From positions 1 to 43,258 of the forward strand of contig CAZNNX010000004.1 in the NCBI GenBank assembly GCA_964574485.1: 43,258 nucleotides of DNA. The letters run 5' to 3'. This DNA comes from an uncultured Saprospiraceae bacterium. Its GTDB lineage: Bacteria; Bacteroidota; Bacteroidia; Chitinophagales; Saprospiraceae. A program made the position numbers and the translations under genes. Below are positions 1 through 9,066 of the stretch, one piece after another; within the stretch, counting starts at the first letter, position 1, and the number at the start of each line of letters is the position of its first letter. The notes beneath the pieces are model-generated. The model had not been told where the DNA came from. It ran no database searches and worked only from the letters and a program-made list of their open reading frames with translations.

Positions 1-1
1 A

Positions 2-334
2 ACTTACACATGGAGCACGGGTGCCACAACTGCCGTAATATATGTAAATCCTACTGTTGCAACTACTTATGTAGTGACTGCTACAGATGTTAATGGTTGT
101 ACAGCAACTCAATCTCAATTGATCAACATAAGTGCTTCACCTACAGCGGCTATCAATGGAGCTGGTACTATTTGTAGTGGTCAGTTAATCACGTTAACAG
201 CTTCAGGAGGTGGAACTTATTTATGGAGTAATGGAGCCTCTTTAAATTCAATTTCAGTAAATCCAAGTAGTAATACTTCATATACTGTAACTGTTACTAA
301 TACCAAAGGTTCTACTACTAAAACAACTATAAGT
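2..334 (+). CDS. 5'-truncated upstream part of the giant Cys-containing Ig-like repeat T9SS cargo protein (out of frame with the remainder)
   Basis: Frame 2 is open from base 2 (TYTWSTGATTAVIYVNPTVATTYVVTATDVNGC...) with the same repeat consensus as the downstream ORF. Repeat-like sequence stops at about 334; the frame runs on with unrelated residues to a stop at 421. Confidence 0.8.
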
Positions 335-3300
335 AGGGCCTTCCAGTTCTACAACTTATTCTGTAACAGCTACCAATGCGAACGGTTGTACAAGTTCATC
401 CAGTTCCACCGTAAATGTTAATGCATTGCCTATTGTTTCCATAAGTGGTAATAATGCAGTTTGTAATGGTTCCGCAACAATACTAACTGCAGCGGGAGGT
501 AGTACTTTTATTTGGAATAATGGTTCTACTTCAAGTAGTATTTCAGTAGCACCAACAGCAGACTCAACTTATGTTGTCACTGCTACCAACTCAGTAGGCT
601 GTTCTGCTTCATCTGCCATTACTGTTACAGTAAATGCCCTACCTAATGGTGCTTCTATTTCAGGGGTTAAGGTTATTTGTCAGGGGCAATCTACTACTTT
701 ATTTGCCAATGGAGGTTCTTTATATCTCTGGAGTACGGGGGCAACCTCACCTTCAATAAATGTATCAACTGCTGGCACTTATACAGCAACTATTACGAAC
801 TCGGCAGGTTGTAGCGTTCAGGTTAGTGAAAATGTAATTGTCAATAATTTACCAACTCCTTCCATAATTGGTCCATTCAGTGTATGTTCTGGTGAAATTG
901 CCAATCTAATTGCAACAGGAGGAGGAAATTATGCATGGTCAAATGGTTCCAACAATGCCAGCATTAGTGTGATACCAGCAACTGCAACTACATATACTGT
1001 AACAGTAACAAATGCTGCAGGATGTTCTGCAACCTCAGGACAGTTGGTCAATGTAATTTCAAAACCAAGCCCTCAAATTTCGGGTAGTACGAATGTTTGT
1101 CTGGGAAGTTTAACATCTTTATCAGCAGCAGGAGGCAATACATACTTATGGAGCAATGGATCAACTGCAACTACTATATCTGTTTCTCCAACAGTCAATA
1201 CAAATTACGTAGTTACAGTAACTAATAGTTTAGGCTGTTCTGATACAATTTCCCGTTCTATTATAGTAAATTCATTACCTACACCCACAATCACTGGTAG
1301 TACTGTAATTTGTCAAGGTCAAAGCACTACTTTGACAGCAACTGGTGGTTCCAGCTATTTGTGGAGTAATGGATTTAATACTACATCAATAAACGTTAGT
1401 TCAGGTTCAACTTATAACGTAACCACAACTGATATAAACGGCTGTACTGGTACGAATTCAGTAACGTTAACAATAAATGCTATCCCAACAGCAGTTATTT
1501 CTGGTCTGACAGCTGTTTGTCAGGGGGCGAGCACAACTTTAACAGCAACGGGAATTGGATCTTACCTATGGAATACGGGTGATACTTCCACTAGCATTGT
1601 TGTCACACCATCCGCTGCTACAACCTATTCCTTAACTGTTACCAATTCATCAGGATGTTCCAGCAATACAAATCAAACAGTTTTTGTAAATGCATTGCCA
1701 ATAGTTACAATTGTTGCGATCGATACAGTCTGTTCTGGTCAAGCTGTTACTTTAACAGCGAGTGGAGGAAATACCTATCTTTGGAATAATGGAGGTACAA
1801 CAGCTGTATATACGGCTAATCCTACTGGCACAATTTTATATGCTGTAACAGCAACAACGGCTTCTGGTTGTGTCGGTTCTGCAACTAAATTAATAGTGGT
1901 TCCAACTCCTGTAGCCAGTATAATTGGTGATACCGCTATTTGTTCCGGTCAAACAGCATTATTGTCAGCATCCGGGGGAGTATCTTATGTATGGAGTAAC
2001 GGTGCTGTAAATTCTACTATTACAGTATCGTCAGCGAATACATATAATGTAACCATTACAGATGCAAGTGGTTGTACAGCCTCTACCTCACATATAGTAC
2101 AGGTGGGAGCCAATCCAAATGCGCCAGGGGTTAACAATACCGCTATTTGCTCTGGTAATAGTGTTACCTTAGGTGCTACTGGAAATGGAATCATCAACTG
2201 GTATTCAGATTCAACACTTACGAATCTGGTATTTATCGGAACTAATTTGGTTACACCTGCATTAACAAGTAATACCAATTATTATTTAAATCAAGTTGAC
2301 GCTCAAGGTTGTATATCCTCAATTTCAGTTTTGAATGTAACGGTAAATAATAACCCGAATGTGATTTCAACAACTTCGGATACTATCTGCGAAGGAAATG
2401 TGGCTTATTTAACAGCTAATGCTTCTTCTGGTACTATCAATTGGTACGATCAATCTTTAATTGGTAGTTTGGGAACAGGACCAGTTTTTGTTTCTCCTAA
2501 TTTAGCTCAGACTACTCAATATTATGTGGTTGTTACGGACAGTAATGGATGTAATAGCTCACCAGTTCAAGTAATTGCTGAAATTATACAAAGACCAAAT
2601 CCTGTAACAAATATCAATAGCATTAGTTATTGTGAGAATGATTCCATTTTTATTAATGTTACTGGAAGTGGAGTAGGAACAATTCAATGGATGGATTCTT
2701 CATTGGCTATTTTAGGTAACTATCCTATGTTAGGTCAAGCCAATCAAAGACTTTTTGTAGGAAATTTAGTCAGTGGAACCTATATGTACTATTTTGCTGA
2801 GTCCAATGGTTCTTGTGTTTCATTGCCAGAGGCAGCTTATGTGACTGTTAATGCCAGACCTATTACGCCCAACTTGTTTAATGATAGTCCGGTTTGTGCT
2901 GGTGAAGATGTATTTCTTCAGTCTACTACAGTTCCTGGTGCAACTTATAATTGGAGTGGTCCAAATGGATTTACAAGTACGCAACAGAATTTTATGTTAA
3001 ATCAAACATTAAGTTCGCAAGCGGGTATTTACAGTTTGATTGTATCTGTAAATGGTTGTCCATCTGCTGCGGCAACAACAACTGTTACAATCAATTCAAT
3101 TCCTGTTATTAGTTCGGCAATAACCAACAATGGACCTGTTTGCGAGGGTAGTCTTATTGAATTCTTTGCACCCGCTATTTCAGGTGTGTCATATGTTTGG
3201 TCCGGGCCTTCAGGATTTAGTTCCGGTTTACAGAATCCAACCATTGCACAGGCAAATGAAGATGATAATCAGGGTTTTTACAGTTTATTTGTAATTGATT

Positions 3301-4100
3301 CTGTAAGTGGTTGTTCTTCAGTAATAAGTTCAAGCTTGTTAATGGTGAACAGGTTACCTGCTGCTGGATTAGCATTAAATAATGGTCCTGTTTGTTCTGG
3401 TGATAGCATTGGTTTAATCGTTCAATCTGTATTTGGAGGAAGTTATCAATGGGATGGACCTAATGGTTTTAATTCTAACAACAGAATTGTAACCTTATAC
3501 AACACCAATACAAATATGTCAGGTATCTACAATGTTACTGTTTCAGTGAATGGTTGTTCAACGGTTTTATCGACTAATGTTTTGATTAGAACATTAAATG
3601 GATCAGGTATCACAGCAGATACCAGTGTTAGTGCAGGTACAAATCTTACTTTGAATGCAAGTGGTGGAATTATTTATCAATGGTCACCTGGTCAATATTT
3701 ATCGAATAGTAATGTTTCTAATCCTGTATTAAATGTACCTGTTGCTGGTGTCTACAACTATGTAGTTACAATAACTGATGCACAAGGTTGTTCGGGTACG
3801 GAAGACATTACGGTTACAGTATTACCTTCAGACAGAATGGTTATTCCAGATCTAATCACACCAAATGGCGATGGAATGAATGATGTGTGGGAATTAGATT
3901 TCTTACAAAATCTAACAGATTATCGGGTTAAAATTTACTCGAGAGGTGGAATTTTGGTTTGGAATACAGAATTGTATCAAAATGATTGGAATGGAACACA
4001 TTTCCAAAATGGTAAGATACTTCCTGATGGAACTTATTACTACTTAATCCAGTTATCTGACGGAACAGAATTCAAAGGTCCTGTAACTATTAAAAGATAA
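333..4100 (+). CDS. Large surface adhesin-like protein: tandem ~70-aa Ig/PKD-like repeats plus C-terminal T9SS type-B sorting (gliding-motility-associated, CHU_C) domain
   Basis: Frame 3 is open from 333 (VGPSSSTTYSVTATNANGC...); the TTG at 426 is not a credible start. Repeats read C-x-G...LTAxGGxxYxWSNG...YxVTxTNxxGC. The C-terminus IPDLITPNGDGMNDVW...WNG...LPDGTYYYLI...KGPVTIKR is a typical type-B CTD. A PorP/SprF gene follows immediately. Confidence 0.92.
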   Translation, partial: VGPSSSTTYSVTATNANGCTSSSSSTVNVNALPIVSISGNNAVCNGSATILTAAGGSTFIWNNGSTSSSISVAPTADSTYVVTATNSVGCSASSAITVTVNALPNGASISGVKVICQGQSTTLFANGGSLYLWSTGATSPSINVSTAGTYTATITNSAGCSVQVSENVIVNNLPTPSIIGPFSVCSGEIANLIATGGGNYAWSNGSNNASISVIPATATTYTVTVTNAAGCSATSGQLVNVISKPSPQISGSTNVCLGSLTSLSAAGGNTYLWSNGSTATTISVSPTVNTNYVVTVTNSLGCSDTISRSIIVNSLPTPTITGSTVICQGQSTTLTATGGSSYLWSNGFNTTSINVSSGSTYNVTTTDINGCTGTNSVTLTINAIPTAVISGLTAVCQGASTTLTATGIGSYLWNTGDTSTSIVVTPSAATTYSLTVTNSSGCSSNTNQTVFVNALPIVTIVAIDTVCSGQAVTLTASGGNTYLWNNGGTTAVYTANPTGTILYAVTATTASGCVGSATKLIVVPTPVASIIGDTAICSGQTALLSASGGVSYVWSNGAVNSTITVSSANTYNVTITDASGCTASTSHIVQVGANPNAPGVNNTAICSGNSVTLGATGNGIINWYSDSTLTNLVFIGTNLVTPALTSNTNYYLNQVDAQGCISSISVLNVTVNNNPNVISTTSDTICEGNVAYLTANASSGTINWYDQSLIGSLGTGPVFVSPNLAQTTQYYVVVTDSNGCNSSPVQVIAEIIQRPNPVTNINSISYCENDSIFINVTGSGVGTIQWMDSSLAILGNYPMLGQANQRLFVGNLVSGTYMYYFAESNGSCVSLPEAAYVTVNARPITPNLFNDSPVCAGEDVFLQSTTVPGATYNWSGPNGFTSTQQNFMLNQTLSSQAGIYSLIVSVNGCPSAAATTTVTINSIPVISSAITNNGPVCEGSLIEFFAPAISGVSYVWSGPSGFSSGLQNPTIAQANEDDNQGFYSLFVIDSVSGCSSVISSSLLMVNRLPAAGLALNNGPVCSGDSIGLIVQSVFGGSYQWDGPNGFNSNNRIVTLYNTNTNMSGIYNVTVSVNGCSTVLSTNVLIRTLNGSGITADTSVSAGTNLTLNASGGIIYQWSPGQYLSNSNVSNPVLNVPVAGVYNYVVTITDAQGCSGTEDITVTVLPSDRMVIPDLITPNGDGMNDVWELDFLQNLTDYRVKIYSRGGILVWNTELYQNDWNGTHFQNGKILPDGTYYYLIQLSDGTEFKGPVTIKR

Positions 4101-4110
4101 AAAATAATCA

Positions 4111-4131
4111 GCTGGGGAGATTCTCCCCAGC
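4111..4131. other. GC-rich intergenic hairpin between the adhesin and porP/sprF
   Basis: GCTGGGGAG-ATT-CTCCCCAGC is a perfect 9-bp stem flanked by A-rich sequence, with no sense-strand U-tract. Confidence 0.7.
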
Positions 4132-4139
4132 AAAAAAAT

Positions 4140-5726
4140 ATGATCATGAAAAAAATTAATAATATTTCATTTATCAAGACTGTACTTTTATTGTTTGCTA
4201 CGTTTCAACTTTTCGCACAGCAATTGCCAGTAACCAGTCATTATGTTTACAACCCTTATTTATATAACCCAGCCCGTACTGGTCAGAATGATTTTGGTTC
4301 AATAAACATCAATTTTAAAAAACAATGGGTCAATATGCCTCAATCTCCAATTACTGGCATTTTAACTGGAGAAACCCGACTTTCTGGTAAATTTTTCAAA
4401 AATATGGGTGTAGGTGGTATGATTTATACTGATCAAATGCATATCATTGATAAGATAGGAGGTATGGCTACATATGCTTATCATATTCCTTTTGGAGATC
4501 AAGTGAAATTTCCTCACAGATTCAGTGCAGGCATTTCACTCGGTGTATTGTATCAAAGATTCAATTTTAATGATGCAACTGTTATCAATTCTAATGATAT
4601 GCAAGTATTGGCAGAATCCTCAAATGGTACCACCTTTGACTTCAGTGTAGGTGTTGACTACCAATTCAGAAATTTGCATATCGGTGCATCCATGCTACAA
4701 GGATTGAATAACAGTCTAAAATTTATCAATCCAAATAATGATAATGACATTCAGTTTATCAATACCAGACATTACATTTTTACAGCATCTTATAGATTTA
4801 ATCTATTGAATGTAGGGGCAAACAAATTATTTGTTGAACCTACTGCGATGGGTAGATACATTGATGGATTGCCATTTCAAGGAGAAGGAACCTTACTTCT
4901 TGGTGTGAGTAATATTGGTTTTGTAGGTGCGGGATATCGTTCAAGCAACACTGAGACTGCAACCTCAGCTCTTAGTTTTACTGCCGGTTTTGAAATTGCT
5001 AAAAAAGTACATTTGATTTATACAATAGATTTAGGTGTTGGTCAGGATTTTAGCAACAGTTTGGGCACTCAACATGAATTCATGATTTCCTACAAATTTG
5101 GAACAGAATTAAGCAGATTGAATCAGGAAATTGAGAATCTAAAAAACAAGGCCAAAGTTCTTGAAGATGAGTTAATTAATAAAAATGATTCTATCAGAAG
5201 AGAAACTAAAAAGTTGAAACAAGAACAGCAAAAGAAGCATGAAGAGCATGAGCAAAAGCAGGAGGAATTGAAAAAAAGAATTGATGAACTGAATAACAAC
5301 TCAAATAATTACAAGGAAACCATTATCACAAATAATAAAGAGATAGAGCGTTTGAAGACTGAAGTTCAGGTGAAGAAAATTACGCATAAAAATATTGGAC
5401 AAGTTTATTTTGACAAAGGTTCAGATAAATTGAATGAGGAAATTAAAGCTCATTTAGAATCGATGAAAAATGTTCTGGCCAATTATCCTTCAAATATTAC
5501 AGTTTATTTATATGGTAATGCAAGCGTAGAAGGAGATGCAAAATTAAATATGGAGTTGGCTATACGAAGGGGCTCTGCTGTAAGAAATCAATTAATTAAA
5601 CTGGGCTTGAAACCAGAAAAGCTAATTGTAATTCCTATGGGTGAACATAATCCAACGAATGGTGATCCCTCTAAAGTAGATCGTCGTGATAGAAGAATTG
5701 ATATTATGGTCAATGAAGAAGATTAA
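4140..5726 (+). CDS. PorP/SprF-family T9SS outer-membrane barrel fused to a coiled coil and a C-terminal OmpA-like domain
   Basis: Signal peptide, then QQLP..SHYVYNPYLYNPA.TG, KQW...P.T and barrel end GTQHEFMISYKF (PorP/SprF pattern). A K/E/Q-rich heptad region spans about aa 325-415, followed by VYFDKGS...LYGNASVEG...NMELAIRRGSAV...DRRIDI (OmpA_C-like). Confidence 0.88.
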   Translation: MIMKKINNISFIKTVLLLFATFQLFAQQLPVTSHYVYNPYLYNPARTGQNDFGSININFKKQWVNMPQSPITGILTGETRLSGKFFKNMGVGGMIYTDQMHIIDKIGGMATYAYHIPFGDQVKFPHRFSAGISLGVLYQRFNFNDATVINSNDMQVLAESSNGTTFDFSVGVDYQFRNLHIGASMLQGLNNSLKFINPNNDNDIQFINTRHYIFTASYRFNLLNVGANKLFVEPTAMGRYIDGLPFQGEGTLLLGVSNIGFVGAGYRSSNTETATSALSFTAGFEIAKKVHLIYTIDLGVGQDFSNSLGTQHEFMISYKFGTELSRLNQEIENLKNKAKVLEDELINKNDSIRRETKKLKQEQQKKHEEHEQKQEELKKRIDELNNNSNNYKETIITNNKEIERLKTEVQVKKITHKNIGQVYFDKGSDKLNEEIKAHLESMKNVLANYPSNITVYLYGNASVEGDAKLNMELAIRRGSAVRNQLIKLGLKPEKLIVIPMGEHNPTNGDPSKVDRRDRRIDIMVNEED

Positions 5727-5748
5727 AGTACAATAATTTAGAATTCAG

Positions 5749-5791
5749 ACAGCCTTCAATAGATATCTAATCTTTGAGGGCTGTTTTTTTT
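5749..5791 (+). terminator. Rho-independent terminator
   Basis: ACAGCCTTCAA...TTGAGGGCTGT stem (one G-U pair) followed by a T run, between convergent genes. Confidence 0.8.
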
Positions 5792-6401
5792 ATAGTAGTA
5801 AGGTAAATTCATTCAAAATCATAGCCGTTGCCCCCCAAATTATCTCGCCCTGATGATCAAAACATGGTGTTTTATATAGATATTTATTAGACCCAATGGC
5901 TATATCTTTCTCCACTTTTGATTTGGATAATGTAGTTAATGGAATTTCAATGATTTCATCCACTTCCCTTTTATCTGGATAAAATAGTATATTTTGTTCT
6001 GAAATAGCTATGAAAGGATGAACAAGATAATTGCTTACAGGTATATAAACTTCTGTTAAAGCCCCAATAATTTTCATTTGTTTTTGATTAATTCCAAATT
6101 CTTCTTCGGTCTCTCTTAGTGCAGTTTGTTCTAAAGTTTGATCTGTTTCTTCAAATCCACCTCCGGGTAAACTGATTTGTCTACTATGGTGATAGGGCGA
6201 TTCTGGCCTTCTCATGACAGGCAGGTGTAAGGAATCATCTTTTTTGTAAACCAATATCAATACAGCTGCTTTTTTATGATTTTCCGGATAGCTCAATCTT
6301 TGTGCTACTGTATAGTTCGAACTCCACATTTCTTTATGTGCCTTCCAACCAGGTAGAGGTTCCTTTAACTTTTTTTCAATTCTAGAGATCCATTCTTTCA
6401 T
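5790..6401 (-). CDS. NUDIX hydrolase, CoA pyrophosphatase (NudL/PCD1-like)
   Basis: AAVLIL, H..QISLPGG, Nudix box GGGFEETDQTLEQTALRETEEEFG, C-terminal IWGATAMIL. Confidence 0.92.
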   Translation of the reverse strand: MKEWISRIEKKLKEPLPGWKAHKEMWSSNYTVAQRLSYPENHKKAAVLILVYKKDDSLHLPVMRRPESPYHHSRQISLPGGGFEETDQTLEQTALRETEEEFGINQKQMKIIGALTEVYIPVSNYLVHPFIAISEQNILFYPDKREVDEIIEIPLTTLSKSKVEKDIAIGSNKYLYKTPCFDHQGEIIWGATAMILNEFTLLL

Positions 6402-6457
6402 CCCATAAAAATAATTAAATGTCTTATATTTACGTAGAGGAACCTAAATGAGAAAAA

Positions 6458-9064
6458 GTGTTTTTATCCAAATCAGATACTATACAAATATTAAATACTT
6501 ATGCGATTGAGTTGGAATCCAACTTAGTAGCCTTAAGAAATATTGATTTAGAGAAAAAGTTACTTATTTCCTACATTCTTTATGATAGACTTTTCTATAT
6601 CTCAGAAAATAATTCTTTGTACCACATACTAGAGTCAAGAGATTTTTTTGAAGAAATAGTTGACCTTTTCATTTTTAAGAAAGATAATCTCATTGAAGAG
6701 GTCAGGCAATTGTATATTGATTTAAAGAATAGTCGGAATCATTCGGAATTGATTTCGTTTTTATTTGAGCCTTTTTTGTTGAATGAACATAATCTTTCTA
6801 TTTTTTCTGGCTTGCTTCATATATCAAATGCATATAAATCCAAATGCAAAGAAATTTCTAATGAAGATTTTTTTGAGTTTTATACAACTCTCATTCAAAA
6901 GAAATATTTGAATTTTTCAAATCAAGAGGGCAATCACAATGTAATCAAAGAAATCTTAGGTTTTTTTCAAGAGAATTTTAAAGGAAATTGGATTTTTCCT
7001 TTTTCAGGTTTGGAAGATTTATTTTGTATGGGCAATAGCTGGAAAGGTCATTTCTTTTTATCTGATTCTTTTGAAGAAATGTTATTTCGATTGATACTGA
7101 CCCTAAATGAAAATTCTTCGAATGCACAAATCTCTCCTCAATATTTAAGTTTTGAAGATCAAGAAATGAAATATAATTCATTTTATGTGGTAGGGGAAAC
7201 TGCTAAGATACATTCTAGAAAATTAGTCAACAGACCTTTTTTTGATGAAAAGTCAGCAGTTGTAGAAAATGAAGAGGTGTATATAGCAGAAGCTTGTATT
7301 CAAAAAATGATTTACTGTCTGGGTGATGATCAGTGTGCACTTTTATTCATTTCAAATCATTTACTGGAAGGTGAAAATACTTTTAAATCATCTCGAAATT
7401 TTTTACTGAAAAAAGATTGTTTGGCTTTTGTTATTGGATTGCCCAAAGTTTTAGACGAAGCTAAGTCTAAAAGTTTTTCACTATTGGTTTTGAAAAAGCA
7501 AAAATTTCGTTCTGGCTTTATTGGATTTATTGATTTACAACGAACCAAAACCGAAGAGAGCATAACTGAAATTTTAGAACTTTTGATGCAGCCTGAAATT
7601 AATTTTTCAATATCTGAGGAAATTCAATGGGCTGATACATTCAGTATTCGCGAAAAAAAATTAAATCTAAATCCAAAGAGATATACATCTAAAATTGTAA
7701 GGGAGATTCAGTTGTTGCAATCAGTTCATAATTTTGTTCCACTTCAGCAATTAATTAAGGATGAAATGGCACAACTGTGGCTTCATTCTAATGATACGCT
7801 TGTTTCTCAGTACAAATATATAGGTATTGACGAACTTGTTTCTGCTCAGAATACCAGATATTTTTTGACTTCGGGTTTGGTGAACTGTCAAGACATTTTA
7901 AAAAATTTGGAAGGAAGGCTTTTAGATCAACCGGCTATCCTATTTGGTAGTCGCGACGGGATTATTTTTACTGCTATTTTACAGTCGAACGAAAAATTTT
8001 TTCTGAGTGACGAGATTAGCTTTTTGATTCCCACAGAGCAGGTTGAATTAGAATACTTGTTTTTTGTGTTGCAATCATCTTACTTTAAGGAACAGTATGA
8101 ATTGTATAAGGAAGATGATACTGTTGAATTGTATCAAATCCTGGATAAAATTCTCTTACCCATAAGTCATCGCGAAAATCAATTACTTCAAATCCAAAAA
8201 GAAAAGGAGAATTGGTTGATACAGGAAGAGAAAAAATTAGAATTGGTGCGCGATATGCTTCAAGTTAAAGGTAATGTGGCTAGCCAGAAACAATATCAAC
8301 TTTTATCATCCCTACAACATGAATTGGGAAATAAATTACCTGCCATTTATAATCAATTTTATAGTTTAAAAGACTATTTACAAAAATTGGAAAGTTCTGG
8401 AAAAATTTCACTATTAGATTCGATTTATGAAGAAGAATTGCAGTTAGAGTTTGGTATTGAAGGACCTAAATTGGAAGGATTAATTGGTTCCATAGAAAAA
8501 TTGATTAGACAATCGGTAGAAACCTTAGAGGCTACGAATTCAATAATTAGAGCTGATATCAGTCACATGCAAATTGAAGTTCTTTCGCCAATTGAATTTT
8601 TTAAAGATCTTATCAGGCCCTTTCAAAGGATTAAAAAATATCATATTCATCTGGAGTATGATGAAAAAAGTACTTTGGTGCATGATTTAAAACTTAAATG
8701 CGATAGGCGGCAGCTTGAAACTCTTGTTTCAAACCTACTTTTGAATGCAGAGAAGCATGGTTTTCAGGAAGGTGAAAATCACAGAATTCTTTTCAAATTA
8801 CATTTTCCATTAGAAAAGGAAATGATGATTGTTGAATATACTAATACTGGAAAAGCTTTTCCTAAAGATTTTACTATGCAGGACTTTTTAAGTTTTGGTA
8901 AATACGCCGGAAATACTGGTAATACTGGAATTGGTGGATTTTTAATTCATCAGATTTTAGAAAATCACAATGCACAGATGAAATTTTATAATGAAAATAT
9001 ACTTGAAAACCTTTACAAGTTTAAAATTGAGTTTTATTTTCCTTTAATGAAGATCAAAATATAG
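6458..9064 (+). CDS. Soluble histidine kinase with degenerate HsdM-like N6-methyltransferase and HsdS/TRD-like input domains
   Basis: aa ~285-410 match the HsdM C-terminal half (RNFLLKKDCLAFVIGLP...LLVLKKQK...FIDL...I.EKKLNLNPKRY). aa ~425-580 match a TRD (VPLQQLI, YIGIDEL, VELEYLFFVLQSSYFKEQ, ILLPISHRENQ). H-box SSLQHELGNKLP (His621, codon 8318-8320), N-box NLLLNAEKHG, G1 NTGKAFP, G2 GNTGNTGIGG. GTG start is uncertain. Confidence 0.85.
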   Translation: MFLSKSDTIQILNTYAIELESNLVALRNIDLEKKLLISYILYDRLFYISENNSLYHILESRDFFEEIVDLFIFKKDNLIEEVRQLYIDLKNSRNHSELISFLFEPFLLNEHNLSIFSGLLHISNAYKSKCKEISNEDFFEFYTTLIQKKYLNFSNQEGNHNVIKEILGFFQENFKGNWIFPFSGLEDLFCMGNSWKGHFFLSDSFEEMLFRLILTLNENSSNAQISPQYLSFEDQEMKYNSFYVVGETAKIHSRKLVNRPFFDEKSAVVENEEVYIAEACIQKMIYCLGDDQCALLFISNHLLEGENTFKSSRNFLLKKDCLAFVIGLPKVLDEAKSKSFSLLVLKKQKFRSGFIGFIDLQRTKTEESITEILELLMQPEINFSISEEIQWADTFSIREKKLNLNPKRYTSKIVREIQLLQSVHNFVPLQQLIKDEMAQLWLHSNDTLVSQYKYIGIDELVSAQNTRYFLTSGLVNCQDILKNLEGRLLDQPAILFGSRDGIIFTAILQSNEKFFLSDEISFLIPTEQVELEYLFFVLQSSYFKEQYELYKEDDTVELYQILDKILLPISHRENQLLQIQKEKENWLIQEEKKLELVRDMLQVKGNVASQKQYQLLSSLQHELGNKLPAIYNQFYSLKDYLQKLESSGKISLLDSIYEEELQLEFGIEGPKLEGLIGSIEKLIRQSVETLEATNSIIRADISHMQIEVLSPIEFFKDLIRPFQRIKKYHIHLEYDEKSTLVHDLKLKCDRRQLETLVSNLLLNAEKHGFQEGENHRILFKLHFPLEKEMMIVEYTNTGKAFPKDFTMQDFLSFGKYAGNTGNTGIGGFLIHQILENHNAQMKFYNENILENLYKFKIEFYFPLMKIKI

Positions 9065-9066
9065 AG

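Noticed and set aside
74-421. Independent 115-aa gene, and a TTG start at 426 for the adhesin
   Set aside because: Both ORFs are open upstream of their called starts and share one repeat consensus; they are two frames of one gene.
333-3830. CRISPR array or DNA-level tandem repeat
   Set aside because: Periodicity is at the protein level with heavy synonymous divergence; no identical repeats with spacers and no cas genes.
6458-9064. Functional Type I/IIG restriction-modification system
   Set aside because: No intact SAM-binding or NPPF/Y motif, no recognisable nuclease/helicase domain, no hsdR in the window; the C-terminus is a histidine kinase.
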